Positions 27,292-35,420 of a DNA stretch of 64,000 nucleotides are shown here, piece after piece. The DNA is from an uncultured Bacteroidales bacterium (GTDB taxonomy: Bacteria; Bacteroidota; Bacteroidia; Bacteroidales; GCA-2748055), in NCBI GenBank assembly GCA_963771005.1, contig CAVYRO010000008.1, positions 762,102 through 826,101 of the forward strand. Reading direction: 5' to 3'. The position numbers and the translations under genes are program-made. Under the pieces are notes generated by a model. The model was given only the letters and a program-made list of their open reading frames with translations. It was not told the DNA's origin and ran no database searches. Numbering within the stretch: position 1 is the stretch's first letter; the number at the start of each line of letters is the position of its first letter.

Positions 27292-28341
27292 TCAAACCTG
27301 ATCCGAAATTAAATCCAGAATGATTTTCTCCAAGCCGTATTCTATCGACCAGTTTGGATAATCACCCGTAAATTTCGAATAATCAGTGATCCACCATTTA
27401 TGATCTCCTATCCGGGGATCTGGTAAAAATTTAAAATTTGCTTTAATTCCGGTGATTTCAGATATCCTGGATATCGCCTCAATAATTGAGCAGCTGTTTT
27501 CTCTTCCGCCCCCGATATTATAAACAACAGATCTGCCAGGGTTTAAATAATATTCGTAATAGGCTTTCGCCAAATCATCAGCATGAATATTATCTCTTAC
27601 CTGCTTTCCGTTAAAACCGAAAATTGAATATGTAGTGTGGGTAAGGATTGACTTAACCAAAAAGGAAAGAAAACCATGCAGTTCAACACCCGAATGGAAA
27701 CGGCCGGTAATACAATTCGGCCTGAATACACAAGTTTTCATATTGTAGTAATAGAAATATTCCTGGCATATTAAATCACTTGATAACTTGGAAATGCCAT
27801 AGGGCGAATGTCGTGATTGATCAACTGAAAGGTTCTCATTGAAGCCATTATAAAATTGATGATCCTTATTCACATCAAATCGCGTGTCTCCCTCATAAAA
27901 AGGAATTTGATTTATTGAATCTCCGTAAACCTTGCTGCTGGAGGACTGAATGAAAACTGCATTTTGACAATTATGTCTTGCCAATTCGAGTAAATTTAAA
28001 GTGGCTAATGCATTCACTTTGAAATCTAAAACAGGATATTTCCCTGAATAGTCGTGACTGGGTTGCGCTGCTGTATTTACAATTAATTTAATATCAGAAT
28101 TGAAATCATTAATAAGTCTTTCGAGGAAGGGTGTGTTTAAGATATCAATATAATAGTGATTATAGTTCCCAAAATTCCCGGTTAAATATTTGATATTTTT
28201 TTGGACGGACGCCGCATTCCCAAAATAAAACGCTCTGCTGTCGTTATCAATTCCAATGATCAAATCAAATTTGCCGGAAAGATATCTGACTAACGCGCTT
28301 CCTAGCAGGCCGCCGGATCCGGTTATTAATGCGATTTCCAT
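27292..28341 (-). CDS. NAD-dependent sugar-nucleotide epimerase/dehydratase (extended SDR)
   Basis: 349 aa. Rossmann motif ITGSGGLLGS and catalytic YGISK (YxxxK). Confidence 0.85.
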   Translation of the reverse strand: MEIALITGSGGLLGSALVRYLSGKFDLIIGIDNDSRAFYFGNAASVQKNIKYLTGNFGNYNHYYIDILNTPFLERLINDFNSDIKLIVNTAAQPSHDYSGKYPVLDFKVNALATLNLLELARHNCQNAVFIQSSSSKVYGDSINQIPFYEGDTRFDVNKDHQFYNGFNENLSVDQSRHSPYGISKLSSDLICQEYFYYYNMKTCVFRPNCITGRFHSGVELHGFLSFLVKSILTHTTYSIFGFNGKQVRDNIHADDLAKAYYEYYLNPGRSVVYNIGGGRENSCSIIEAISRISEITGIKANFKFLPDPRIGDHKWWITDYSKFTGDYPNWSIEYGLEKIILDLISDQV

Positions 28342-28438
28342 CTTTGAGAGTAATTAATTTCTAGGCTTAGTTTATAAAAATGCCAGGGGCACATCAACGA
28401 GTGAGTGTAAATACGATCTTTAAAAAGGCTTTTTTTGA

Positions 28439-30112
28439 TCATCTTCTGGTAATATAATGATTGCCAATTACGGCAACATCTACCCCGTTGTTCCGGATAA
28501 AGAAATCGATCGTATCACCGGGTGAAAGACACATAGGTTCCCCGGCATTGTTCAGGGATGTATTGATTATCATCGGAATGGATGTCAATTGTTTGAAATT
28601 TAAAATTAAATTGTACAGACCGGGGTTGCCGGATCCATCCACCGCCTGAGGCCGTGAAGAATGATCTATGTGAGTGATTGCCGGGACTAAATAAGCCTTG
28701 TCTTTCTTAACATTGACCGTCGTTAACATATATTTTGAAAGCGCAGTGGGTTTCGAATCGAAAAATGTCTCGTATTCGCTCTCAATTATGCTCGGAGCCA
28801 ACGGTCTCCACAGTTCCCTTCCCTTGATCTTATTCAGCTTGATGTATATATCCCGCTTTCTCGGATCTCCGAACAAAGATCTCGCTCCTAACGCTCTCGG
28901 ACCGAATTCCGACCTGCCACTGTGCCATGCCACTATTTTTCCCCGGGCAAGATCACCGGCAACTTTCTCCGATATATCCTTATCGTTCAAAAATGAATAA
29001 GGTACATTCCGGGTTATCAAAGATTTCTGAATTTCGTCGTCACTGTACTCCTTACCCAGGAATGCATTCAGATCTCCATTCGGCTGATATTTTTTCGTTT
29101 CCGATAAGAGCCTGGATGTTTCAAAGGCAGCACCAATCGCAGTGCTTGCATCATTCGATCCGGGGGGGACAAATATTTTATCAAAAATTCTCTGATTTTC
29201 TAAGAAGGCGTTAGCGGAACAGTTCAATGCCACACCGCCGGTAAAGACTAAATTATTCTCATTGGGGAACAGGCTCCCGGCATATCTGGCAATATCGCCG
29301 ATAATTTGGTTTACATGGTATTGCACAGTGGCTGCGAAGTCGATGTATGACAATACCTCAGCCTTGTCGCCCACCTTGTAGGGATAAAAATTACCCGAAA
29401 AATAGTCGATATACCTGTTGCACACTTCATCAGTGGCCGGATTGCTATTAAAAATTATCTTCTGTTCAAATTCCCCCGTTTTACCATTGAAACTTAAAGG
29501 AAAGTCATTCAGCGGATCCCCGTAGGAAGCCAATCCCATAAATTTACCGGGATTATCATAGCCCAATCCGGAGAAATAGGAAGCTGCTTCGTAGAGCAAC
29601 CCGATCGAATACCGTACGGGATAGGACTTCACTATCTTTATGCCGTCCATTGTGGCCAAACCGATGGTAATGCTTTCATTTTCACCCTGTCCGTCGATGC
29701 ATAAACAGACAGCACTGTTAAAACCGCTTAAACAAAACCCGGCAACCATATGGCAGAGGTGGTGCCGTATAGAATAAACTGCCGGCACCATGGCCGAATC
29801 CGGAAAAAATGATGATGGGAAAAAATTCCGGGTCCATTCATTTTTCTTATTAGAAGGAAAGACGGTAGAATCCACTTCATTGATATTCCAGCTCGTACAG
29901 ACAGCTTCCATATCCTTCAGAGCAAGAGAGCAGGAAGACAGCAGATCGGAACTTGAATAAACCGGTGAAAGGCCGGGAGACCTTTTCACCCGGGTAAACC
30001 TTTCTTCTTCTATAGCGGATAGCAATCTTCCGCCAGATACCAGGCTGGCTGCGGCGTCATGCGAAAAAGTACCGAAGTACCCTGTTAATCCCAAAACCAA
30101 TGGCTGTTCCAT
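28439..30112 (-). CDS. NodU/CmcH-family carbamoyltransferase
   Basis: 557 aa. The N-terminus LGLTGYFGTFSHDAAASLVSGGRLLSAIEEERFTRVKRSPGLSP matches the family pattern (HD..A.L...G......EER..R.K). The length is typical. Confidence 0.85.
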   Translation of the reverse strand: MEQPLVLGLTGYFGTFSHDAAASLVSGGRLLSAIEEERFTRVKRSPGLSPVYSSSDLLSSCSLALKDMEAVCTSWNINEVDSTVFPSNKKNEWTRNFFPSSFFPDSAMVPAVYSIRHHLCHMVAGFCLSGFNSAVCLCIDGQGENESITIGLATMDGIKIVKSYPVRYSIGLLYEAASYFSGLGYDNPGKFMGLASYGDPLNDFPLSFNGKTGEFEQKIIFNSNPATDEVCNRYIDYFSGNFYPYKVGDKAEVLSYIDFAATVQYHVNQIIGDIARYAGSLFPNENNLVFTGGVALNCSANAFLENQRIFDKIFVPPGSNDASTAIGAAFETSRLLSETKKYQPNGDLNAFLGKEYSDDEIQKSLITRNVPYSFLNDKDISEKVAGDLARGKIVAWHSGRSEFGPRALGARSLFGDPRKRDIYIKLNKIKGRELWRPLAPSIIESEYETFFDSKPTALSKYMLTTVNVKKDKAYLVPAITHIDHSSRPQAVDGSGNPGLYNLILNFKQLTSIPMIINTSLNNAGEPMCLSPGDTIDFFIRNNGVDVAVIGNHYITRR

Positions 30113-30115
30113 TAT

Positions 30116-31042
30116 TTATGACAAGTTAAAACTATGGCATTCCGAACTATGAGTCACATTCCTCTCATTATGTAACGGGGGTGCAACTATTTGCAACAAT
30201 TCAAAACTTATGTCCCGTTTACATTTATTTACGTTTTTCAGAAGTCCGGCTTTTCTTAGATTCCATTTCGTAATAGGGTGATGTAAATGGAAAACCGGAT
30301 CCAAAGTATTCCACGATTCTTCCAATCCCGCTTCTTTTGCCCGCAATCGGATCTCAATGTCTCCCCAACCCCACCCGTACAGGTCGGTCGGGTAATCAAA
30401 CCGATCCAGGACGGCTTTATTAAATGCCTGGAAATCTCCACTGTTTTTCCAGCAATCCAACCCAAAGATTTTTAAATATCTTGAAGCATCTGTCCTTCGG
30501 TGTTCCCAGGAAGAAGGTTCAAAACCGCAAACCGGAAACTCGGTTCCATCTCTTTGATCGATTATTACTTCATGATCGCAATAAATCAATTTCCCAGAGT
30601 TCAAAAAAATCTGCGTCTGATCCGGATCCATCCACAATTTGGTTCCCTGATATATCATGAGATGCTTCTCACTGACGGAATCGATAAACCATCTGATAAT
30701 GCGGCTGTTTACGATTATGTCGGCATTGAGGGTGATGATATTTTGATGGGTCGATTCCTTTATACCCAACAGTTTGGCATTCCATTCGGAAAAACCTTTG
30801 GGATCCGGTGCATTAATGACTTTTGCATTTCTTACCTTAATCCCTTTATCGTAAGGATTTGCATAATTGACAACAATGATCTCATCGATTCCTGTCCGAT
30901 GCAATCCCTGAACCGTTCTGTCCAGGAGGGTCCGGTTATAATTACCCCGGGCACAGAAATCGAAAATGCCGATGCATGAATCCTTACTGAAATATTCATT
31001 ATCAGGTATCCGGTCAGAATATGCTATAACTGCAGTTAACAT
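30116..31042 (-). CDS. GT-A-fold glycosyltransferase-like protein (distant GT2/GT7-like)
   Basis: 308 aa. The LNADIIV (DxD-like) and GWGWGDIEIRLRAKEAG motifs resemble the C-terminal motif of GT-A galactosyltransferase-type enzymes. Only 3 nt separate it from the carbamoyltransferase start. Confidence 0.5.
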   Translation of the reverse strand: MLTAVIAYSDRIPDNEYFSKDSCIGIFDFCARGNYNRTLLDRTVQGLHRTGIDEIIVVNYANPYDKGIKVRNAKVINAPDPKGFSEWNAKLLGIKESTHQNIITLNADIIVNSRIIRWFIDSVSEKHLMIYQGTKLWMDPDQTQIFLNSGKLIYCDHEVIIDQRDGTEFPVCGFEPSSWEHRRTDASRYLKIFGLDCWKNSGDFQAFNKAVLDRFDYPTDLYGWGWGDIEIRLRAKEAGLEESWNTLDPVFHLHHPITKWNLRKAGLLKNVNKCKRDISFELLQIVAPPLHNERNVTHSSECHSFNLS

Positions 31043-31307
31043 TTAAAGTTGTTTGAATTTAAAAGTAAGGGATCCGTATTGATAACAGAATGCTCTTAAA
31101 AAATTATAATACCAGAATACAAACCTGAAGCGCAGTGGAATCAGCCTGCTGTACTCCTTACCCTGCTGGATCAAAGACCCCAAAAATATTTTATGGATAT
31201 TAATCAATAATCCTGTCCTTGTTTCTGTTGAGATCAGCCCCCAGTGATCGGTCTTGTTTCTGAATATTATATGCATCTTTGTTCCCAAACCATAATTGAG
31301 CCACCTG

Positions 31308-33098
31308 TTATCCGGTGGTTATATAGGCATAGACAGGAAGATAAGCGTAGACCGGAGATATACGTTGGGGAGACCTGCCGGTAAATTGATTTGCTTTTAT
31401 AAATCTGTCGCAATACAAAGATGCATCCCGGAAATCTCTTTTAAACAAGCTTTTCCATGCCAGGATCAAGCTCACTGAATCGGAATATCTTTCCATCATC
31501 CCGGGATCAATTTTAAAGCCGGATCCGGGATGCCCGGGTATAAGCGAGATTGTCAACAATCTTTCAAAATACATCGCTGTGTCTTTATCTATGGCCAGGA
31601 TCCTATCGGCGAATACCTTGCTTTCCTTACCAAATCCCGTCATGCAGAATTGCATGTACAGGGTGTTTAATGTCCAGTAGTCAGGAGTTTGTTTACCGTC
31701 TTTATCCAATTGAAGCAAAGCATATCTGATCGCTTCCGTGTAATCTCCCTTTTCGAAATATAACGAGCTGATCTGCCGGAATACCCCCTCATTGTTTCCG
31801 TACTTAAGTGCTGTCAGCATGGTCTCCAGTGCTTTTTCGTTTTTCCCCGTAAATTGATAGAGCGAGCCCAGCAAACCGTAACCCGCTCCAATGGTTGAAT
31901 CGACGGATAAGGCCTTATTGGCAAAATAAAAGGCGGAGTCGAGCAGTACCGGATCGTATTCCTGGGATGAATAAAGAGAATAGTAGATCCATCCTAACTG
32001 GATCATAGGCCATGTGAACGAGGAATCGGCCCCGAGGGATTTTTTTAAAAGGATCATGGCCTTTCGTTCGAGATCGGCGGGGTCTTTACTTAACTGGGCC
32101 TGCTTATGCAATTCGAACCCGTTGTAGTAATAATTCAATGAGACATAATTCTGCGTATTTATTTGCTTATACCATTTGACATCATCCGGACCCACGGTCG
32201 ATCGGATCTCCGACGCTATCTGCAAAGCTATCTCCTTTTGAAACTCGATGAAATCGCTGACTTCCGTGATCTCCCTGGTGAATTGCTTCGAGAGCAGGTG
32301 CCGGTCGGATTTTGCATCCATCAACTGGATATTCAGTACGACCGTATTGCCATATTTCTGTCCGCTGCCTTCAACGATATACTTCACGCCGAGATCATTG
32401 GCGATCTGGGTGAGCGAAAGATTGGAATTCCGGTATTTTTCGACGGTTGTCCGGGATCGCACATTGAATCCGTCAATGTTTGCCAGGTTATTCAGGATCG
32501 ATTCCATGAGGCCATTGATAAAATATGTATTGGAAGAATCCCGGCTGTCATTGATAAAGGGTAAGATGGCCATGGTCCTTATTCCGGCATTGTATTTACC
32601 ATCGTCCTTATTATGAGGGATAACAAAAAAATGTGCACCCAGAAATAAAATGAAGCCCGTCAGCAAAACAGATGAGGTAAGGAGAAACAATTTTTTGTTC
32701 ACCCGGTAAACCTGGAATTTTTCGTTCACTTCGCGGGTTGTTCCCGGTATGACCTGTAGGGCTTTATTTCTTACCTCCCCCGGTGGAAAACCATATTGGT
32801 CATGGAAACATTTGGTGAAATAGGATATGCTGTTAAAACCTACCTGCCATGAGACCTCGGATATGGTCTGGGAAGTTTCCGTTAACAGCATCTTTGCATT
32901 TTCGAGCCGGATTTGACGGATATACCGGCTAACCGAATATCCTGCAATTTCCGTTACCCTACGATGGAGATTGGACCTGCTCATTCCCATCTTGTGGGCA
33001 AGCTCATCAACGCCGAATTGAGGATCAGCGAGATTGACTTCGATGATTCCGTTGAGTTTCGCGAGAAACTCCTCTTCCCTGCTTGAGCCTGGAGTCAT
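31308..33098 (-). CDS. Membrane-anchored AraC-family regulator: N-terminal AraC HTH, one TM helix, extracytoplasmic TolB-N-like plus TPR domain
   Basis: 596 aa. AraC HTH: LAHKMGMSRSNLHRRV...ISEVSWQVGFNSISYFTKCFHDQYGFPP. TM: LFLLTSSVLLTGFILFLGAHFFVI. TPR-like repeats fill the C-terminal half. Confidence 0.75.
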   Translation of the reverse strand: MTPGSSREEEFLAKLNGIIEVNLADPQFGVDELAHKMGMSRSNLHRRVTEIAGYSVSRYIRQIRLENAKMLLTETSQTISEVSWQVGFNSISYFTKCFHDQYGFPPGEVRNKALQVIPGTTREVNEKFQVYRVNKKLFLLTSSVLLTGFILFLGAHFFVIPHNKDDGKYNAGIRTMAILPFINDSRDSSNTYFINGLMESILNNLANIDGFNVRSRTTVEKYRNSNLSLTQIANDLGVKYIVEGSGQKYGNTVVLNIQLMDAKSDRHLLSKQFTREITEVSDFIEFQKEIALQIASEIRSTVGPDDVKWYKQINTQNYVSLNYYYNGFELHKQAQLSKDPADLERKAMILLKKSLGADSSFTWPMIQLGWIYYSLYSSQEYDPVLLDSAFYFANKALSVDSTIGAGYGLLGSLYQFTGKNEKALETMLTALKYGNNEGVFRQISSLYFEKGDYTEAIRYALLQLDKDGKQTPDYWTLNTLYMQFCMTGFGKESKVFADRILAIDKDTAMYFERLLTISLIPGHPGSGFKIDPGMMERYSDSVSLILAWKSLFKRDFRDASLYCDRFIKANQFTGRSPQRISPVYAYLPVYAYITTG

Positions 33099-33417
33099 TT
33101 TGGTTTTTAAAAGACAGGTTGTAAATCATTTAGGAGGATTCTTTCTGTTCTAACAAATTACAAGTGGTTCTGTTTAGAGATTTTTTACATTATCTGTTTC
33201 CCAGGATAGCCATAGATCGCAACAATTTCGCTCTAACAAACTTTCAGCCTCCTTAACTTCCGACTTTCGTTCCACTGGAAAATGCCGGATCACAATTCAC
33301 AAGGTTTTTTATAAATTATTAACCTCCCATGACCTCCACTTTTTTTTCGCATTCATCAGGATCTTTTGATTTCACCAAAAATGATCTTATTTTTATAAAT
33401 CCTTATACCCTTACGCA

Positions 33418-33984
33418 ATGGACTTAAACTCTAACTGGGACAAGGTGAAGGAAGGAGATGAGAAAGCCTTTGAGGGGTTCGTGAAAGAAATGAGTCCGTT
33501 CCTCCTGAGGTATATTCTCTTTATTACCGGCGATCCGAGGATCACGGATGAAATATTGCAGGATGTCTTTTTAAAACTCTGGACGGGCAGGGAAAAAATC
33601 ATGATCCGGGGAACGATCAAATCTTACCTCTACAAAACTGCCAAAAATCACAGCATAAACTATCTCCTGGGTCAAAAAACCAAAAAATCTTCAGTTCATA
33701 ACCTTGTAAGCGGTGAATCCTGGCAATTCATTTCGGAAACGCTTGAATTTAATGATGAAATCATTGAAAAACTTGAGGCAAAGGATACCCTTACCCGGGT
33801 TGAAGACTGTGTGAAGGAACTCCCGGATCAATGCAGGGCCATATTTGAACAGAGCAGATTCCGGGGTAAGTCCAACAAAGAAATCGCCGTTCATTTTAAA
33901 ATTTCCGAAAACACCGTCCGGGCTCAACTATGGAGAGCCTTGGTCAAATTAAGATCGGCCCTTTTCCATCCGCCCCGGCCCTAA
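33418..33984 (+). CDS. ECF (sigma-70 family, group 4) sigma factor
   Basis: 188 aa with region 2 and region 4 patterns (LPDQCRAIFEQSRFRGKSNKEIAVHFKISENTVRAQLWRAL). An anti-sigma gene follows it. Confidence 0.9.
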   Translation: MDLNSNWDKVKEGDEKAFEGFVKEMSPFLLRYILFITGDPRITDEILQDVFLKLWTGREKIMIRGTIKSYLYKTAKNHSINYLLGQKTKKSSVHNLVSGESWQFISETLEFNDEIIEKLEAKDTLTRVEDCVKELPDQCRAIFEQSRFRGKSNKEIAVHFKISENTVRAQLWRALVKLRSALFHPPRP

Positions 33985-34089
33985 ACCTTACCCGCACTGT
34001 GATAATTTTCCAAACGTTCCATTATTTTCATCTCTGTGTAATCAGCCGGTATAAAAATCTTGTCTTATATATCAGAAGCTTCTAATTTT

Positions 34090-35250
34090 ATGAGTACCAC
34101 GGAAAACATCAATGAGCGTATTCAAACGCTGATCCTTGCATTTCTCGATAATTCGATCACGCGTGAGGAATTGAAAACTTTAAAAGAATGGCTGAAAAAT
34201 AATGATGAAAATCTCGGGTATTTCAGCCAGGTCAGGGCTGCCTGGTACCTGTCAGACAGAAATCAGGCAGATCTATCCATTGACACCGATAAATTGTGGT
34301 TATCCATCAGGGATAGGATGAAATTACCAGGGATTTACGGCGAAAAGAAGAAAACCTACCATTCAACCTCTTTTCCTGTATACCGAATGGCCGCCGTCTG
34401 GGTCCTTTTTCTCCTGGCAGGGACTTTTCTGGGGTATTACATTCCTGCACCAAAAGGACCTGCGACTGAAATATCCCAGGTAACGGTTCCCATTGGTTCC
34501 CGGAGCCAGGTCCAGTTGCCCGATGGCAGCATGGTCTGGTTGAATGCAGGCAGCACCCTGAAATACGGAAACGATCTCAATGGTAAAATCCGGAAGGTCG
34601 AACTTTCCGGGGAAGGATTCTTCAAGGTGGCCCACGATCCTTCCCGGCCCTTCGTAGTCGAGGCAAACCAACTGTTTGTCAGGGCGCTGGGAACCACATT
34701 TAATGTAAAAGCATATCCTGAGGAGAACAGGATCATTACCACACTTGTAGAAGGTAAAATAAAACTTGAAGGTAAAATAAACAAGGCCGGCCCTTTTGAA
34801 CTGACCATGGAACCTAATCAAAAAATTACATATTACCCTTCGAGTAATTCATTCAGCAAGAATGTTCAACCTCCTGAAATTGCTGAAAAAGAAGAAGTTG
34901 ATGAACTGCACGAGAAACCTGTCCTCGTAGTTGCCAATACGGTTTATAAAACCAACCATGTAAATACCGCCATTTACACCTCATGGAAAGACAAAAAATG
35001 GATCATAGAAGGGGAGACTCTCGGGGACCTTGCGGTAATGCTGGACAGGCGGTATGATGTGGAGATCGTTTTTACTTCCGAAGATTTGAAACGCTATCAT
35101 TTCTCCGGAATAATTGCAAATGAGACTTTGGAACAGGTACTTGATATTTTGAGGCTGACCGTACCCATGTCCTACAAGATGAAGAAGGGAGAGGTTGAAT
35201 TGTCGCTGGATCCTGAACTGCAAAAGAAATACGAATCAGCTTATAAATAA
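34090..35250 (+). CDS. FecR-family transmembrane anti-sigma factor
   Basis: The track ORF starts at TTG 34060; the first ATG is at 34090. One TM helix (AAVWVLFLLAGTFLGYYI). FecR core: LPDGSMVWLNAGSTLKY...VELSGEGFFKVAHDPSRPFVV....VRALGTTFNV. Confidence 0.9.
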   Translation: MSTTENINERIQTLILAFLDNSITREELKTLKEWLKNNDENLGYFSQVRAAWYLSDRNQADLSIDTDKLWLSIRDRMKLPGIYGEKKKTYHSTSFPVYRMAAVWVLFLLAGTFLGYYIPAPKGPATEISQVTVPIGSRSQVQLPDGSMVWLNAGSTLKYGNDLNGKIRKVELSGEGFFKVAHDPSRPFVVEANQLFVRALGTTFNVKAYPEENRIITTLVEGKIKLEGKINKAGPFELTMEPNQKITYYPSSNSFSKNVQPPEIAEKEEVDELHEKPVLVVANTVYKTNHVNTAIYTSWKDKKWIIEGETLGDLAVMLDRRYDVEIVFTSEDLKRYHFSGIIANETLEQVLDILRLTVPMSYKMKKGEVELSLDPELQKKYESAYK

Positions 35251-35323
35251 TACTGTGATGAACCCAAATCCAATATTGTCCAAAAAAATTCAAACGCATG
35301 AAAAATAAATTCATTTAAAAAAG

Positions 35324-35349
35324 AATTGGGACTGGTCAGAGTCCCAATT
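35324..35349. other. Perfect 10-bp hairpin between the anti-sigma and susC-like genes
   Basis: aattgggact-ggtcag-agtcccaatt. An A-run lies on the 5' side, so the U-tract would be present only in a minus-strand transcript. Confidence 0.6.
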
Positions 35350-35420
35350 CCGCAAGAAGTATTCAACGCATTCTTAAGCTTAGAATACATCAAATAATTA
35401 TTAACTAACACTACAAAGCT

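Noticed and set aside
27086-27295. A 69-aa minus-strand ORF (possible small membrane protein, AFVAILLGALSLLSMVW) directly after the epimerase stop.
   Set aside because: It has a TTG start and its 3' end overlaps the convergent DUF5615 gene by 46 nt. A single hydrophobic stretch in AT-rich DNA is weak evidence. It is not excluded, just unsupported.
31043-31288. An 81-aa ORF whose stop codon directly abuts the ATG of the GT-like gene (…KQL* ATG), suggesting translational coupling.
   Set aside because: It has a TTG start (first ATG gives 77 aa) and an odd basic/aromatic composition, and I recognise no motif. It could be real or a remnant, and I cannot support a call from sequence alone.
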